In this document: positions 62,872-64,000 of the stretch, piece after piece
How the letters are laid out: each line of letters opens with the position of its first letter
Position numbering within the stretch: position 1 is the first letter of the stretch
Source: a virus
Reading direction: 5' to 3' (one strand)
Virus record (IMG/VR): IMGVR_UViG_3300005264_000255
Location: 1-64,000 of that record
DNA: 64,000 nt
Translations under genes and position numbers: made by a program
The notes under the pieces: generated by a model
What the model saw: the letters and a program-made list of their open reading frames with translations, nothing else
Told to the model about the DNA's origin: nothing
Databases searched by the model: none

Positions 62872-64000
62872 CTATTTAAAAGTAATATATGTAGAATTTA
62901 ACATTATCTTATTATGGTTTCTAAATGAGTTAATTCCCATTGTATATACCATTCTAATAAACTTGTTATTCTTTATGTTATTCTCAAACTCTTCAAATTC
63001 TTTTTCTTTTATAGTATAGAAAGCACTAAACACTGTTTCACTCTCAGGATTAAACTTTATATTTACAGATAGGTAATTAGCACTCTTTTTAAAAATTCTG
63101 TAACTATCTATATAAAAATCAGAACAAAAGCTAGGTTTCTCAAAACCAATACCATATGGACCTATATCTACTATGTCGAATAAACTTAATATAAGATGTT
63201 TAACGCTGTAAATATAATCATCTACATAATGGTTAGCTATCCCTTCCAATTCATGAGTACTGACCTCTTCTTGAAGTAGCTTATAGAATAGTTCTATATC
63301 AGGTAGTATCTTCGCACCTATGGCTTTAGGATGTCCACCATGACTAACTATTATATCACTCTTTTTAGCAATATCGTCTAAAAGTAATTTTATATTAAGA
63401 TTTTCATCCTGACTTCGACCACTACCAGAGTAATAAGTTTTACCTTTCTCAGTAACCTTAGTAAAAACTATAACTAACTTAAGATTATCATCATACATAA
63501 CACCACTACTAATGATACCCTGTACTCCATTAGAGTTATCAGCAAGTATTACTTTTATGATACCATCTGTAAATTCTTTATTTTTAGGATTATGTCTAGC
63601 ATCAGATGTCTTCTTTTTACGTTTATCATTAATCTCTATAGCACTATTAAGAAAACTTTTACTATCCTCTAAAGACTTACTAACAAGTACTTCATAACTT
63701 AGTCTAGGGTCAGCAATTCTACCTGTAGCATTTAATATTGGTATAACATTAAACCCTAGTATAGTTTCATCTATAATATATGATGTGTTCAGATGTGTTT
63801 TAATATACTCCCAGAAAGGTTCATGTTTAATTTTACTACTATTAATATCTACTAAAGCTTTAATTACTATCTTCCTATTAACATAGTTCCTTAAATCCAT
63901 ACAATCTGATATAATAGTTAAACCTACATAAGTTAACATATAGTAAATATAGTTAGTAGTCTCTATAGGAATATCTTTATTAAACTGTTTATAGGCATGT
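62872..64000 (-). CDS. recJ: RecJ-like DHH/DHHA1 ssDNA exonuclease, 5' part outside the window
   Basis: TIISDCMDL, PILNATGRI, GSGRS, GGHPKAIG and PYGIGFEKP motifs; frame open to the window edge. Confidence 0.85.
   Translation of the reverse strand, partial: HAYKQFNKDIPIETTNYIYYMLTYVGLTIISDCMDLRNYVNRKIVIKALVDINSSKIKHEPFWEYIKTHLNTSYIIDETILGFNVIPILNATGRIADPRLSYEVLVSKSLEDSKSFLNSAIEINDKRKKKTSDARHNPKNKEFTDGIIKVILADNSNGVQGIISSGVMYDDNLKLVIVFTKVTEKGKTYYSGSGRSQDENLNIKLLLDDIAKKSDIIVSHGGHPKAIGAKILPDIELFYKLLQEEVSTHELEGIANHYVDDYIYSVKHLILSLFDIVDIGPYGIGFEKPSFCSDFYIDSYRIFKKSANYLSVNIKFNPESETVFSAFYTIKEKEFEEFENNIKNNKFIRMVYTMGINSFRNHNKIMLNSTYITFK

Noticed and set aside
824-63697. Short antisense ORFs in the track (e.g. 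6071-6640, 14164-14619, 30890-31339, 45310-45978, 48127-48465)
   Set aside because: Fully overlap well-supported opposite-strand genes and have the S/L/I/F-rich composition of shadow ORFs
1-64000. Stop-codon reassignment as the cause of split genes
   Set aside because: The splits are frame changes, not in-frame stops, and long ORFs read normally with code 11

Overview
AT-rich, densely coding segment of a phiKZ-like, probably nucleus-forming jumbo phage (Chimalliviridae-like). Recognisable core genes: chimallin-like shell protein (27044-28627), PhuZ tubulin, phiKZ-type family-B DNA polymerase subunit, a virion RNAP beta C-terminal subunit, UvsX/RecA, SbcD/Mre11, RecJ, an SF2 helicase carrying a class-3-type intein, portal, tail sheath and tube, baseplate genes, a block of G-x-E-processed inner-head proteins, and a Dam-like methylase. 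phiKZ gene numbers below come from motif recall and gene order, not from a database search. The most unusual element is a membrane-spanning HEXXH inner-head protein (59597-61708) carrying a C-terminal T7-kinase-like domain behind its own G-L-E protease site. Other highlights: phiKZ-type TATATTAC early promoters with a conserved hairpin leader, about 19 long intergenic hairpins, a roughly 570-bp structured non-coding region, and hints of a Campylobacterota host. About 15 frameshift/deletion junctions hit essential genes and are most likely assembly lesions. No tRNA, rRNA or CRISPR array was seen.
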